From contig DASRXX010000001.1 in assembly GCA_035654015.1 (NCBI GenBank), positions 3,355-67,354 on the forward strand: a DNA stretch of 64,000 nucleotides, written 5' to 3'. Shown in pieces: positions 22,848 through 33,166 of the stretch (positions within the stretch are counted from its first letter, which is position 1; the number at the start of each line of letters is the position of its first letter). The notes beneath the pieces are model-generated. The model worked only from the letters and a program-made list of their open reading frames with translations. It was not told the DNA's origin and did not search any database. The DNA is from Sphingobium sp. (GTDB lineage Bacteria; Pseudomonadota; Alphaproteobacteria; Sphingomonadales; Sphingomonadaceae). The translations under genes and the position numbers were made by a program.

Positions 22848-25487
22848 GTGAGCAAAAAGACCGTTTCCCCGAGCAAGCCGGACAGCGCGCCGACCCCCAT
22901 GATGGCGCAATATCTCACTCTCAAGGCGGAGGCGGGAAGCGATCTGCTGTTCTACCGCATGGGCGACTTTTTCGAGCTGTTCTTTGACGATGCCAAGATC
23001 GCCGCGCAGGTGCTCGATATCGCGCTGACCAGCCGGGGCGAGCATCAGGGCGAGCCGATCCCGATGTGCGGCGTGCCCGTGCACAGCGCCAACGCCTATC
23101 TCGCGCGTCTCATCCGCGCCGGCCACCGCGTCGCCATCGCCGAGCAGACCGAGACACCCGAGCAGGCCAAGGCGCGCGGTTCCAAGGCGCTGGTCGGACG
23201 CGCCATCGTGCGCTTCGTGACGGCCGGCACGCTGACCGAGGACGCGCTGCTCGACAGCCGCCGCGCCAACCTGCTTGCCGCCATCGGTGAAGCCAGCGGC
23301 GGCCTCGCCATCGCGGCGGCGGACATTTCCACCGGACGGTTAGAGGTGATCACGCTGGAGAGTGGCCAGATCGCGGCAGAGTTGGCCCGAATTGGTGCGA
23401 GCGAGGTGATCGCCCGCCCGGCACTGGCCGAGCGAATTGCCGATTGCCTGCCATTCGAGAGCCGGGGGTTCGACAGCGGTCGGGCAGAGGCGGACATCTG
23501 CCGCCACTTCGGGGTTGCCACGCTGGAAAGCTTCGGCACCTTCACGCGGCCGGAACTTGCCGCGCTGGGCGGGCTGCTTGCCTATCTGGAGCATGTTGGC
23601 AAGGGGCGCATGCCGTTCCTCGCTGCGCCGGTGCGTGCGGGCAGCAGCGACCATCTTGCCATCGACCCGGCGACGCGCGAAAGCCTGGAGATCGTACAGA
23701 CGACGAGCGGCCAGCGCGCCGGCAGCCTGCTCGCCACGGTCGACCGCACGGTGACAGGCGCTGGTGCGCGCTTGCTCGCTGCCGATCTCTCGGCGCCGCT
23801 CATGGACCGCGCTGCCATCGAAGCGCGCCTCGCCTTGGTGGAGTGGTTCCACGATGATGGCCCGTTGCGCGAGGATGTCCGTGCGCGATTGCGGGCCCTG
23901 CCGGACATTGGCCGCGCCTTGGGGCGGCTCGCCATCGGGCGAGGCAGCCCGCGCGACCTCGGCCAGCTTCGCGACGGGCTCGATGCCGCCCGCGTGCTGC
24001 GCGAACGGCTGGGCGTACTTCCAAACCGGCCGGCGCTGCTCGATGTGCTGCTCCCCGAGCTGGACGGCCACGGTGCCATGGTTGATACGCTGCTGCGCGC
24101 GCTGGTTCCTTCGCCTCCGACCGAGACCGCCAATGGCGGCTACATCGCCGATGGCTACGACGCTGCGCTGGATGAGTTGCGGCGCATGGCCGGGGACGGC
24201 CGCCGCGCCATTGCGATGCTGGAGGCGCGTTACCGCGATGAAACCGGCATTTCAGCGCTCAAGATCCGCCATAACGGCGTGCTCGGCTATCACGTCGAGG
24301 TACCGGCCCGCCATGCCGATGCGCTGATGGCGCAGAACAGCGGCTTCACCCACCGCCAGACCCTGGCCGGGGTGGTGCGTTTCAATTCGGTCGACCTTCA
24401 CGAGCAGGCGGGCCGTGTCGCGCAGGCTGGCGCCCATGCACTGGCGGCTGAGGCCGCGCATTTCGAGGAGCTGGTCGCCGACGTCGTCGCGCGGCGCGAG
24501 CCAATCGCCCGCGCGGCCGATGCGTTGGCACGGATCGACGTTGCCGCCGCGCTCGCGGAGCGCGCCGTCGAGAGCGGCTGGGTGCGCCCGCATTTCGAGG
24601 AGTCGCCGTGCCTGGAGATTGTCGGCGGCCGCCATCCGGTGGTCGAAGCCGCGCTCGCACGAGAGGGTGCCGCTTTCGTCGCCAATGATTGTAGGCTCGA
24701 TACACAGGACCGGCTCTGGCTCGTCACCGGTCCGAACATGGGCGGCAAGTCAACATTCCTGAGACAGAACGCGCTGATCGTGATTCTTGCGCAGGCCGGC
24801 GGCTTCGTACCCGCCCGTTCGGCGCGGCTTGGCCTTGTCGACCGGCTCTTCAGCCGTGTCGGTGCGTCGGATAATCTCGCGCGCGGCCGCTCCACCTTCA
24901 TGGTCGAGATGATCGAGACTGCCGCGATCCTCGCGCAGGCGACCGAGCGCAGCTTCGTCATTCTCGACGAGGTCGGCCGCGGAACTTCCACGTATGATGG
25001 TCTCGCGATCGCCTGGGCGGTTGTCGAAGCTGTGCACGATACCAATCGCTGCCGCTGTCTGTTCGCTACCCATTATCACGAACTGACCCGCCTCGCCGAG
25101 CGGTTGGACGCGCTTTCCCTGCACCATGTCCGCGCGCGCGAGTGGCAAGGCGACCTTGTGTTGCTGCACGAGCTGGCCGAGGGGCCGGCTGATCGTAGCT
25201 ATGGTATTGCGGTGGCGCGTCTCGCCGGCCTGCCCGCGCCGGTGCTGGCGCGGGCCAAGGCAGTGCTCGACAAGCTGGAGGCAGGCAAGGCGCAAACCGG
25301 CGGCATCGCGGCGGGGCTGGATGACCTGCCGCTGTTCGCCGCCACGCTGGCCGCCGAAGCAGAACCGGTCGTCGATCCCCTGCGTGAAAAGCTCGCTGCG
25401 GTCGATGCTGATGCCCTCTCGCCACGCGAGGCGCTGGACCTTATCTATGTTCTCAAGCAATTGTCGGAGCCAGTGCTCGCAGGATGA
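22848..25487 (+). CDS. mutS: DNA mismatch repair protein MutS
   Basis: TPMMAQY, LFYRMGDFFELF, TGPNMGGKSTFLRQ, DEVGRGTST. Start is uncertain (GTG 22848 or ATG 22899). Confidence 0.97.
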   Translation: MSKKTVSPSKPDSAPTPMMAQYLTLKAEAGSDLLFYRMGDFFELFFDDAKIAAQVLDIALTSRGEHQGEPIPMCGVPVHSANAYLARLIRAGHRVAIAEQTETPEQAKARGSKALVGRAIVRFVTAGTLTEDALLDSRRANLLAAIGEASGGLAIAAADISTGRLEVITLESGQIAAELARIGASEVIARPALAERIADCLPFESRGFDSGRAEADICRHFGVATLESFGTFTRPELAALGGLLAYLEHVGKGRMPFLAAPVRAGSSDHLAIDPATRESLEIVQTTSGQRAGSLLATVDRTVTGAGARLLAADLSAPLMDRAAIEARLALVEWFHDDGPLREDVRARLRALPDIGRALGRLAIGRGSPRDLGQLRDGLDAARVLRERLGVLPNRPALLDVLLPELDGHGAMVDTLLRALVPSPPTETANGGYIADGYDAALDELRRMAGDGRRAIAMLEARYRDETGISALKIRHNGVLGYHVEVPARHADALMAQNSGFTHRQTLAGVVRFNSVDLHEQAGRVAQAGAHALAAEAAHFEELVADVVARREPIARAADALARIDVAAALAERAVESGWVRPHFEESPCLEIVGGRHPVVEAALAREGAAFVANDCRLDTQDRLWLVTGPNMGGKSTFLRQNALIVILAQAGGFVPARSARLGLVDRLFSRVGASDNLARGRSTFMVEMIETAAILAQATERSFVILDEVGRGTSTYDGLAIAWAVVEAVHDTNRCRCLFATHYHELTRLAERLDALSLHHVRAREWQGDLVLLHELAEGPADRSYGIAVARLAGLPAPVLARAKAVLDKLEAGKAQTGGIAAGLDDLPLFAATLAAEAEPVVDPLREKLAAVDADALSPREALDLIYVLKQLSEPVLAG

Positions 25488-25490
25488 GCC

Positions 25491-28277
25491 ATGAACAAGC
25501 CTCTTGAGCCGCCGCACGGTCGTCGCGCGATCATCGACCGCCGGCAGGTGGCCGATGCGCTGAAGGCCCAGCTTGCCGACCTGGGGGATGTCAGCGCGCG
25601 CCGCCGGGTGATCGTCGAGACGTTGAAGGAGGCGTTGGCGCACGGGCGCGAGGAGGTATCCCGTCGGTTGGCCCGCAACCCGACGCGCGGGCGCGAGGCG
25701 GTCACCGCCCAGGCGTTCCTGATGGACCAGATCGTCCGGCTGCTGTTCGATACGACGGTCCGTTCACTCTATCCCGTCAGCAACCCTACAGCCTCGGAGC
25801 GGATCGCGCTGATCGCGGTGGGTGGCTATGGGCGCGGTGAGATGGCGCCCTATAGCGATGTGGATATTGGCTTCATCACCCCCTACAAGCCGACAACCTG
25901 GACCGAGCAAGTGATCGAGAGCATGCTTTATGCGCTCTGGGATCTGGGCCTGAAGATCGGCCATTCGAGCCGGTCAATCGACGAGACGATCCACATGGCG
26001 AAGGCGGACCTCACCATCCGCACTGCCCTGCTCGAGGCGCGCTTCATCTGGGGCGACCGCGCTATCTACGAGGAAACGGTCCGCCGCTTCGATACCGAAA
26101 TCATGCAGGGTACTGCGCGCAGCTTTGTGGCCGAGAAGCTGGCCGAGCGCGATGCGCGCCACAAAGCGATGGGTGACAGCCGTTATGTCGTTGAGCCCAA
26201 CGTCAAGGAGGGCAAGGGTGGCCTGCGCGATCTCCATACGCTGTTCTGGATCGGCAAATACGTCCATCGGGTGCGTACCGTGGCCGAACTGGTCGATGTC
26301 GGGCTGCTCACGCACGCGGAGTTGACCCAGTTCCAGCGCGCTGAGAATTTCCTGTGGGCTGTGCGCTGCCATATGCACGAGCTGTCGCGCCGCTGCGAGG
26401 ACCGACTGACCTTCGATCTCCAGATCGAGGTCGCGCAGCGGATGGGTTTTGCTGAGAAGCGTGGGCGCTCCAGTGTCGAGCGGTTCATGCACCTCTATTT
26501 TCTCGTGGCCAAGACGGTGGGCGACCTGACCGGGGTGTTCCTCGCCCACCTCGACGATGCCCATGCCCGCAAGGGTCGGCGCTACATACCGGCACTGCCC
26601 GCGCTGTTCAGCCGCCCGCGCAAGCTGGACGGCTTCGAGTTGGACCGGGGCCGGATCACCATCCCGCATGAGGGTTTCTTCCAGGAGAAGCCGGTGCGGA
26701 TGATCGAGATTTTCGCGTTGGCCGACCGGTACGATCTCCAGATCCACCCCAACGCCATGCGCGCGCTGAACCGCGACGCCATCCTCATTGATAGCAAGGT
26801 GCGCAACGACCCCGAGGCGAACGCGCTGTTCATGAGCGTGCTTACCTCGCCGCGCGATCCCGAGAAGGTGCTGCGCTGGATGAACGAGGCCGGCACCTTC
26901 GGCCGCTTCGTGCCCGATTTCGGCCGCGTCGTCGCGCAGATGCAGTTCGACATGTATCACCATTATACGGTGGACGAGCACACGATCCGCGCCATCGGTC
27001 TGCTGTCGCAGATCGAGCAGGGTGATTTCCGCGAGGATCATCCGCTCGGCACTGCCATCATTGCCAAGATCAACTCGCGCCGGGTGCTCTACGTCGCGGT
27101 GCTGCTGCACGACATTGCCAAGGGACGCGGCGGCGACCATAGCATTTTGGGGGCGCAGGTGGCCGAGCGGTTATGCCCGCGCTTTGGCCTCACCCCGGCG
27201 GAGACGGAGACGGTGGCCTGGCTGGTGCGCTACCATCTGTTGATGTCTGCCACCGCCTTCAAGCGCGACCTCTCCGACTACAAGACGATCATGGACTTTA
27301 CCGAGATCGTCCTCAGTCCGGAGCGGCTTAGGTTGCTGCTGCTGCTCACGATCGTCGATATTCGCGCGGTCGGACCAGGCGTCTGGAATGGCTGGAAGCG
27401 CCAGCTTCTCGTCGAGTTGTATGACGCGGCCGAGGAGCTGATCCGCCCCGGTCACAAGCAGCGCGGCCGGCAGGAGCGCATCGAGGAGAAGCGCCAGACG
27501 CTGGCCGCCGGTCTCGCAATCGGCGCGGAGGCGTTCGATAAGCTCGCCAGCCGCTTCCCCCAATCATACTGGATCGCCGAGCCGGACCACATATTGGAGC
27601 AGAACGCGCGCCACCTGCTCAAGGCTGGCGATTCGCATCTGTCCATCGAGGTTCAGCCCTCCCCCGAACGGGACGCGACGCTGGTGACAGTGTTCGCCTC
27701 CGACCATCCGGGCCTATTCTATCGCGTCGCCGGTGCCATCCACCTCGCCGGCGGCAACATCATCGACGCGCGCATCCACACGCTCAAGGATGGCACGGCA
27801 CTCGACAATTTCCTCGTGCAGGATCCACTCGGTGGTCGCTTTGACGGGCCCGAACAACTCGCGCGGATCAAAAGCTCGATTGAGGAGGCGCTCACCAATC
27901 GCCAGAAGTTGATGACCCGGCTCGACCAGCGTCCGTTGCCCCGCACTCGCGCGGAAGCCTTCGAGGTGGTGCCGCAGGTGCTCATCGATAACAAGGCATC
28001 GAACCGTTTCACCGTCGTCGAGGTGATGGCGCGTGACCGGCCCGCGCTGCTGCTCAGCCTGGCCTTCGCGCTGTTTCAGTCCAAGACGACAGTGCACAGT
28101 GCGCACATCTCCACTTATGGCGAACGCGCGATTGACGTGTTTTACTTGACCGATCTCACGGGCGAGAAGTTGGAGAGCAAGGCGCGTCTTGCTACGCTCG
28201 AACGGCGGCTTGTGGAGGCGGCGACCAGCCCGGTGAGCGGGTTAATGGACGGCAGCGCCTTCGCCATGTCGAGCTAG
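25491..28277 (+). CDS. glnD: [Protein-PII] uridylyltransferase
   Basis: AVGGYGRGEMAPYSDVD, NVKEGKGGLRD, HHYTVDEH, LLHDIAKG; two C-terminal ACT domains. Confidence 0.98.
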   Translation: MNKPLEPPHGRRAIIDRRQVADALKAQLADLGDVSARRRVIVETLKEALAHGREEVSRRLARNPTRGREAVTAQAFLMDQIVRLLFDTTVRSLYPVSNPTASERIALIAVGGYGRGEMAPYSDVDIGFITPYKPTTWTEQVIESMLYALWDLGLKIGHSSRSIDETIHMAKADLTIRTALLEARFIWGDRAIYEETVRRFDTEIMQGTARSFVAEKLAERDARHKAMGDSRYVVEPNVKEGKGGLRDLHTLFWIGKYVHRVRTVAELVDVGLLTHAELTQFQRAENFLWAVRCHMHELSRRCEDRLTFDLQIEVAQRMGFAEKRGRSSVERFMHLYFLVAKTVGDLTGVFLAHLDDAHARKGRRYIPALPALFSRPRKLDGFELDRGRITIPHEGFFQEKPVRMIEIFALADRYDLQIHPNAMRALNRDAILIDSKVRNDPEANALFMSVLTSPRDPEKVLRWMNEAGTFGRFVPDFGRVVAQMQFDMYHHYTVDEHTIRAIGLLSQIEQGDFREDHPLGTAIIAKINSRRVLYVAVLLHDIAKGRGGDHSILGAQVAERLCPRFGLTPAETETVAWLVRYHLLMSATAFKRDLSDYKTIMDFTEIVLSPERLRLLLLLTIVDIRAVGPGVWNGWKRQLLVELYDAAEELIRPGHKQRGRQERIEEKRQTLAAGLAIGAEAFDKLASRFPQSYWIAEPDHILEQNARHLLKAGDSHLSIEVQPSPERDATLVTVFASDHPGLFYRVAGAIHLAGGNIIDARIHTLKDGTALDNFLVQDPLGGRFDGPEQLARIKSSIEEALTNRQKLMTRLDQRPLPRTRAEAFEVVPQVLIDNKASNRFTVVEVMARDRPALLLSLAFALFQSKTTVHSAHISTYGERAIDVFYLTDLTGEKLESKARLATLERRLVEAATSPVSGLMDGSAFAMSS

Positions 28278-28288
28278 GCCGCGCGGCC

Positions 28289-28609
28289 ATGAGCGCCGAA
28301 TCTCTGTCCTTCACCGCGCGGCTGCTTGCGTGGCAGACCGGGCATTACGGCGAGCTCTGCTATGTCTTGATCGATGGTGAGGCGGCCGAGGCGATCAGTT
28401 CGCACGAACTGATGCGCCGTCTGGAGACTGGCCGGCGGCGCGGCTTCGGTTCGGTCAAGCTCGAGGTGGCGGTCGGCGGCAGCCGTTGGTCCACCTCGGC
28501 CTTTCCGCTCAGCGGAGGCGGCTGGTTTCTGCCCATCAAAAAAGCCGTTCGCAATGCCGAAGGGTTGAGCGTGGGCGATATGGTGACGGTGACGTTGGAC
28601 CTGAAGTAG
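28289..28609 (+). CDS. DUF1905 domain protein
   Basis: GFGSVKLEVAVGGSRWSTSAFP...FLPIKKAVRNAEGLSVGD. Confidence 0.85.
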   Translation: MSAESLSFTARLLAWQTGHYGELCYVLIDGEAAEAISSHELMRRLETGRRRGFGSVKLEVAVGGSRWSTSAFPLSGGGWFLPIKKAVRNAEGLSVGDMVTVTLDLK

Positions 28610-28802
28610 AGGCGGCGGACACCATCGCGGTCAAACGGCGAATGTTGGACTAGCGTCTCATGGCCTTGCTGGGCCTTGCAGGCCCCCTTGCAGCGTATGC
28701 GTATGCGCCTTTTCGGCCACGCCAATCGAGGTGGGCGCAGATGCGGGCGCGGCACCGAGCCTCATGGTGCGACTCACGATCCCCTTCTAGAGCTGCGCGA
28801 GC

Positions 28803-29378
28803 CTACCCCCGGAAATCACCCGGATAGGCAACTTCGTCGCGGGCCTTGCGGGCGCTGGGAAATTCGCGGGCGCGCTGATATTCGCTCAGTGTGGTCGGGT
28901 CACCGATACGCCCGAGCGCGATGGCGGCCTCGACACGGAAACTATTCGGTACGCCTAGGCCGGCGGCCGCCTCGGCAAAGTGGACTCCTGCCATGGCGTG
29001 GGTGTGATAGCCGAGCATGGTAGCCTGGATTGCCAACATGGCCCAGGCAGCGCCGGCATCGAAACTATGGGTGTAGCCCGCCGTCTCCTTGCCGTCCGCA
29101 TGTCTGTCGGAGAGAACGTAGAAAAGGACGGACGCATTTTCCGCCCATGCGCGGTTGCTGGGGACGAGATAGGAGAGGAAGCGCTCCCAGTTCGTATCGC
29201 CGCGCCGTGCATAGAGGAAACGCCAGGGCTGGAGGTTCGAGGCGGAAGGGGAGAAACGGGCGGCGTCGAGAATGGTAGCGAGGTCCGCCTCGGGCATATC
29301 GGAACGATCGAACGCACGCGGCGACCAGCGATTCAGGAATATTGGGTCGAGCTGGGTGTCGGTCGTGCGCGTCGTCAT
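28803..29378 (-). CDS. Nitroreductase family protein
   Basis: ATG 29378 after CAGGAG; RWSPRAFD, AARFSPSASNLQPWRF, HSFDAGAAW, HAMAG. Confidence 0.92.
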   Translation of the reverse strand: MTTRTTDTQLDPIFLNRWSPRAFDRSDMPEADLATILDAARFSPSASNLQPWRFLYARRGDTNWERFLSYLVPSNRAWAENASVLFYVLSDRHADGKETAGYTHSFDAGAAWAMLAIQATMLGYHTHAMAGVHFAEAAAGLGVPNSFRVEAAIALGRIGDPTTLSEYQRAREFPSARKARDEVAYPGDFRG

Positions 29379-29650
29379 GCGGGGCTCCTGCTGGCCGGTT
29401 GCGGATGGGCGCCATGGGGGGGCGGCCTCAAAGGTGCCTCCATAGAGCGCGGGATCGCGGGGGGCCAGAGGAGGTGGTGGGGCTACCGGCATCGATCTCG
29501 CCGGCGCCTTGCCATGTGTCTTTCCATATTGCGCTATCCAACTCCGCGCGACACGAACTCCGAGGGAGGGGCAATCGCGTCTGGATGCGGCCGGCAAATC
29601 CGGCATATGAGGCCGCTCGCGGGCGGTTCTCTCCGGCTCAGCCGACGCGT

Positions 29651-30448
29651 TCAGCGCGAGATCAGCAACGGCACGCTCGCTTTGGCGAGCAGCGTTCGAC
29701 TCGCCCCGCCGAAGAGTTGCTCGCGCAGCCGGCTGCGCCCATAGGCGCCCATCACGCACCAAGCCGCGCCCGATGCCTCCAGCGCTGCCAAAAGCTGGGG
29801 CGCGACGCTACCGCTTTTCGGTTCCTCGCGGATCGACACGGCGCAGCCGTGCCGGTCGAGATAGGCGGCGACGGCCGCGGGGTCCGCATTCTCCTCGCCT
29901 TCGTCGATGGTCAGCACCTCCACTTCGCTGGCCAGCTTGAGGAGCGGCGTTGCGGCCCGCACCGCGGCGTCGGCCGGCGCCGATCCATCCCATGCGACCA
30001 TCGCCTTGCCCAACAGGTCGAATCGCCGTTGCTCGCTCGGCACCACCAGCACCGGGACGGAGGTGAGGCCGGCCAGCCGCGCCGCGCAATCGCCCGATTC
30101 GGCAATATCGCCGACGCCATGCTTGCCGACGACGAGGAGGTCGACCAGTCGTGCATTATCGATGATCGATGCGTCCGAATGGCTGTGTACGCGCGCCCAT
30201 TCGTAGCTGACGCCCTCATTGGCCAGGCGCGGTTCGAGCCGTTCGACATTGCTGTCTTCCCGCTCGCGTTCGTCCATCAGCAGCACGCCCGCGCCCCCAC
30301 CCAGTCCGAACTCGTCGGTCACCACCGGCATCTGCACAACGTCGAGGCAAAGCAGGTGACCTTCCACCGCTCGCACGACATCCAGTGCACATTGCAGCCG
30401 GGCTTCCTGGCTCGCATCGTCATGGATCAACACCATCACTGACTTCAT
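29651..30448 (-). CDS. Universal stress protein (tandem-domain type)
   Basis: ATG 30448 after CAGGAGG; [39 protein letters not shown]. Confidence 0.92.
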   Translation of the reverse strand: MKSVMVLIHDDASQEARLQCALDVVRAVEGHLLCLDVVQMPVVTDEFGLGGGAGVLLMDEREREDSNVERLEPRLANEGVSYEWARVHSHSDASIIDNARLVDLLVVGKHGVGDIAESGDCAARLAGLTSVPVLVVPSEQRRFDLLGKAMVAWDGSAPADAAVRAATPLLKLASEVEVLTIDEGEENADPAAVAAYLDRHGCAVSIREEPKSGSVAPQLLAALEASGAAWCVMGAYGRSRLREQLFGGASRTLLAKASVPLLISR

Positions 30449-30519
30449 GGCAGCCTCCTGTCGCTTGCGACTCGCGTCGCTTCCGCCCGTCCATGATGCC
30501 ACAGAGTGGCGTGGGGTTC

Positions 30520-30533
30520 TTGACCGGCGTCAA
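30520..30533. promoter_or_regulatory. FNR/FixK-type box upstream of the usp gene
   Basis: Perfect palindrome TTGAC-cggc-GTCAA, 72 nt upstream of the usp ATG. Confidence 0.72.
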
Positions 30534-30711
30534 GCCGGGCTTCGGCGACGCGACAGGTCTTGCTTCGCGCGCCCGCACGGCCTATAGCGCCGCGCTTCCA
30601 TGGCATATGGATGACAGGGGACGGGCCGGCCATCAGGGCTGCCGTGTTCGTCCGCAAACGTCTGCGATTTTCCCCTCGCGGGTGGGTCGCTTCAAGGACA
30701 AGGAGACGAAA

Positions 30712-30915
30712 ATGCCCAAGCTCAAGACCAAGAGCGGTGTGAAGAAGCGCTTCAAGTTCACCGCGACTGGCAAGGTTAAGCACGGTGTCGCTGGTAAGCG
30801 TCACCGCCTGATCAGCCACAACGCGAAGTATATCCGCCAGAATCGCGGTACGGAGCTCGTTTCCGACGCGGACGCTGCCCATGTGCGCCTGTGGGCGCCC
30901 TACGGCCTCAAGTAA
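30712..30915 (+). CDS. rpmI: 50S ribosomal protein L35
   Basis: AGGAG SD; [22 protein letters not shown]. Confidence 0.98.
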   Translation: MPKLKTKSGVKKRFKFTATGKVKHGVAGKRHRLISHNAKYIRQNRGTELVSDADAAHVRLWAPYGLK

Positions 30916-30928
30916 GGAGTAGAGCGAC

Positions 30929-31291
30929 ATGGCACGCATCAAGCGCGGCACGACCACGCGCGCCAAGCACAAGCGGATTCTGGAACAGGCGAAGGGCTAT
31001 TACGGCCGTCGCAAGAATACGATCCGTATCGCCCGCCAGGCCGTCGAGAAAGCCGGGCAATATGCCTATCGCGACCGCAAGGTTAAGAAGCGCAGCTTCC
31101 GCGCCCTGTGGATTCAGCGCATCAATGCGGCCGTCCGCATGGAAGGCCTGACCTACGGCCAGTTCATGCATGGGCTCAAGCTCGCTGGCGTCGAACTGGA
31201 CCGCAAGGTTCTGGCCGACATCGCGATGCACGAGGGTGATGTATTCAAGGGCATTATTGCGCAAGCGCAGGCAGCCTTGCCCAAGGCGTAA
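30929..31291 (+). CDS. rplT: 50S ribosomal protein L20
   Basis: MARIKRG...[23 protein letters not shown]. Confidence 0.99.
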   Translation: MARIKRGTTTRAKHKRILEQAKGYYGRRKNTIRIARQAVEKAGQYAYRDRKVKKRSFRALWIQRINAAVRMEGLTYGQFMHGLKLAGVELDRKVLADIAMHEGDVFKGIIAQAQAALPKA

Positions 31292-31319
31292 GCGGCTCGA
31301 CGTATCCGTGAAGTAACAG

Positions 31320-31350
31320 GCGGGCGCCGGGCGAAAGCTTCGGCGCCCGC
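31320..31350 (+). terminator. GC-rich hairpin after rplT, probable terminator
   Basis: GCGGGCGCCG...GAAA...CGGCGCCCGC followed by TTCCGTTT (weak U-tract). Confidence 0.6.
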
Positions 31351-31403
31351 TTCCGTTTCCGGCGCAGGTCCGTCCCGGCGGATGCCGGTGAAAGGTCGTT
31401 GCG

Positions 31404-32024
31404 ATGACCCTGCATGTCTGGTGGCTTTATGTGACGGCCGTGTTCCTCATCTCCGCCACGCCGGGGCCGAATATGCTGCATGTGATGAGCCAGTCCATCC
31501 ACGTCGGCCCGCGCCGCGCGCTGGCGGCCATGGCGGGGCTGATGAGCGCGGTGCTGCTCTGTCTCATCGCGTCTGCCTTCGGCCTCGGCGCGCTGCTCAA
31601 GGCGTCGCCGCGCCTGTTCGACCTGCTGCGTTATGCCGGCGTCGCCTATCTGCTCTATCTCGGCGTCAAGGCATGGCGCGCGCCCGTGACCGCGCCGGTC
31701 GCTTCCGTGGATCCGCGCCGCACGCGCTGGGCGCTCTATGCCTCCGGGCTGATGACTGGCCTCAGCAATCCCAAGCTCATCATTTTCGCAGCCGCCTTGT
31801 TCCCGCAGTTCATCGACACGCGCGCGGCCTTCGCGCCGCAGCTCGCGATCCTCGTTGCCAGCTTCGTGGTGATCGAAAGCTTCTGGTATGGCGCCTATGC
31901 GCTGGGTGGCGCCCGGCTGGCGCGCTTCCTGGAGCCGGTCCACCGCCGCCGTCTGTTCAACCGGTTGACCGGCGCACTGTTCATCGCCTTCGGTGCTGCG
32001 CTGCTGCTCGGGCAGCGCAGCTGA
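31404..32024 (+). CDS. LysE/RhtB family translocator (between rplT and pheS)
   Basis: [48 protein letters not shown]. Confidence 0.92.
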   Translation: MTLHVWWLYVTAVFLISATPGPNMLHVMSQSIHVGPRRALAAMAGLMSAVLLCLIASAFGLGALLKASPRLFDLLRYAGVAYLLYLGVKAWRAPVTAPVASVDPRRTRWALYASGLMTGLSNPKLIIFAAALFPQFIDTRAAFAPQLAILVASFVVIESFWYGAYALGGARLARFLEPVHRRRLFNRLTGALFIAFGAALLLGQRS

Positions 32025-32071
32025 CGGGCGCGCCCTTTTCGTTTGCAGCGAATTACGCTAGCGGACCGGCC

Positions 32072-33166
32072 ATGACCGAGATCATTTCCTTGCAGGACGG
32101 CCTGCTCGCCGACATCGCCAAGACCGACACGCTCGATGAGGTCGAGGCGCTGCGCGTGGGGGCGCTGGGTAAAAGCGGCGTCGTCACCGCCCTGCTCAAG
32201 ACGCTGGGAGCCATGAGCCCGGAGGAGCGCAAGGCCAAGGGGCCGGCGATCCACGCCCTGCGAGAGAGCGTTACCGCCGCGCTTGCCGCGCGCAAGGCCG
32301 CGCTGGAGCAGGCGGCGCTGGACGCCCGCCTGGTCTCTGAGCGGATGGACATGACCCTGCCGGCCGATCTGCCACCGCCGGGCAGCGTTCACCCGGTCAG
32401 CCAGGTGATGGATGAACTGGCGGAGATTTTCGCTGATCTTGGTTTCTCCGTCGCCACCGGCCCGGAAATCGAGGACGACTGGCGCAACTTCACCGCGCTC
32501 AACATCCCAGAGACGCATCCTGCGCGCGCGATGCACGATACCTTCTACTTCCCGGACCGGGACGCGGAAGGGCGCTCCATGCTGCTGCGCACCCACACAT
32601 CACCGGTCCAGGTGCGCACCATGATGGGGGGGGAGCCGCCGATCCGCATCATCGCCCCCGGCCGCGTCTATCGGTCGGACAGCGATGCGACCCATACGCC
32701 GATGTTCCATCAGGTCGAGGGGCTGGTGATCGACAAGGGCATCCACTTGGGCCACCTCAAATGGACGCTTGAGACGTTCCTCAAGGCGTTCTTCGAGCGC
32801 GAGGACATCGTCTTGCGTTTGCGGCCTAGCTACTTCCCCTTCACCGAGCCGTCGGTGGAGGTCGATGTCGGCTACACGCTGGAAAAGGGCCAGCGCGTCA
32901 TCGGCGGCAGCGGCGACGCCGAGAATGGCGGCTGGATGGAAGTGCTCGGTAGCGGCATGGTCCACCCCAATGTCATCCGCAATTGCGGGCTGGATCCGGA
33001 CGAGTGGCAGGGCTTTGCCTTCGGTACCGGCGTGGATCGCCTCGCCATGCTCAAGTACGGCATGAACGACCTGCGCGCCTTCTTCGACGGCGACCTGCGT
33101 TGGCTACGACATTATGGATTTTCGGCGCTCGACGTGCCGACGCTCTCGGGAGGAGTCGGCGCATGA
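32072..33166 (+). CDS. pheS: Phenylalanine--tRNA ligase alpha subunit
   Basis: [44 protein letters not shown]. Confidence 0.98.
   Translation: MTEIISLQDGLLADIAKTDTLDEVEALRVGALGKSGVVTALLKTLGAMSPEERKAKGPAIHALRESVTAALAARKAALEQAALDARLVSERMDMTLPADLPPPGSVHPVSQVMDELAEIFADLGFSVATGPEIEDDWRNFTALNIPETHPARAMHDTFYFPDRDAEGRSMLLRTHTSPVQVRTMMGGEPPIRIIAPGRVYRSDSDATHTPMFHQVEGLVIDKGIHLGHLKWTLETFLKAFFEREDIVLRLRPSYFPFTEPSVEVDVGYTLEKGQRVIGGSGDAENGGWMEVLGSGMVHPNVIRNCGLDPDEWQGFAFGTGVDRLAMLKYGMNDLRAFFDGDLRWLRHYGFSALDVPTLSGGVGA

Noticed and set aside
29379-29762. In-frame upstream extension of the nitroreductase
   Set aside because: Pro/Arg-rich non-domain sequence overlapping the usp 3' end; a good SD (CAGGAG) precedes ATG 29378.
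31382-32071. Stop-free frame running through the LysE gene into pheS (594-aa ORF)
   Set aside because: The extension is a low-information alternative frame over a clear LysE gene; PheS homology starts at ATG 32072.
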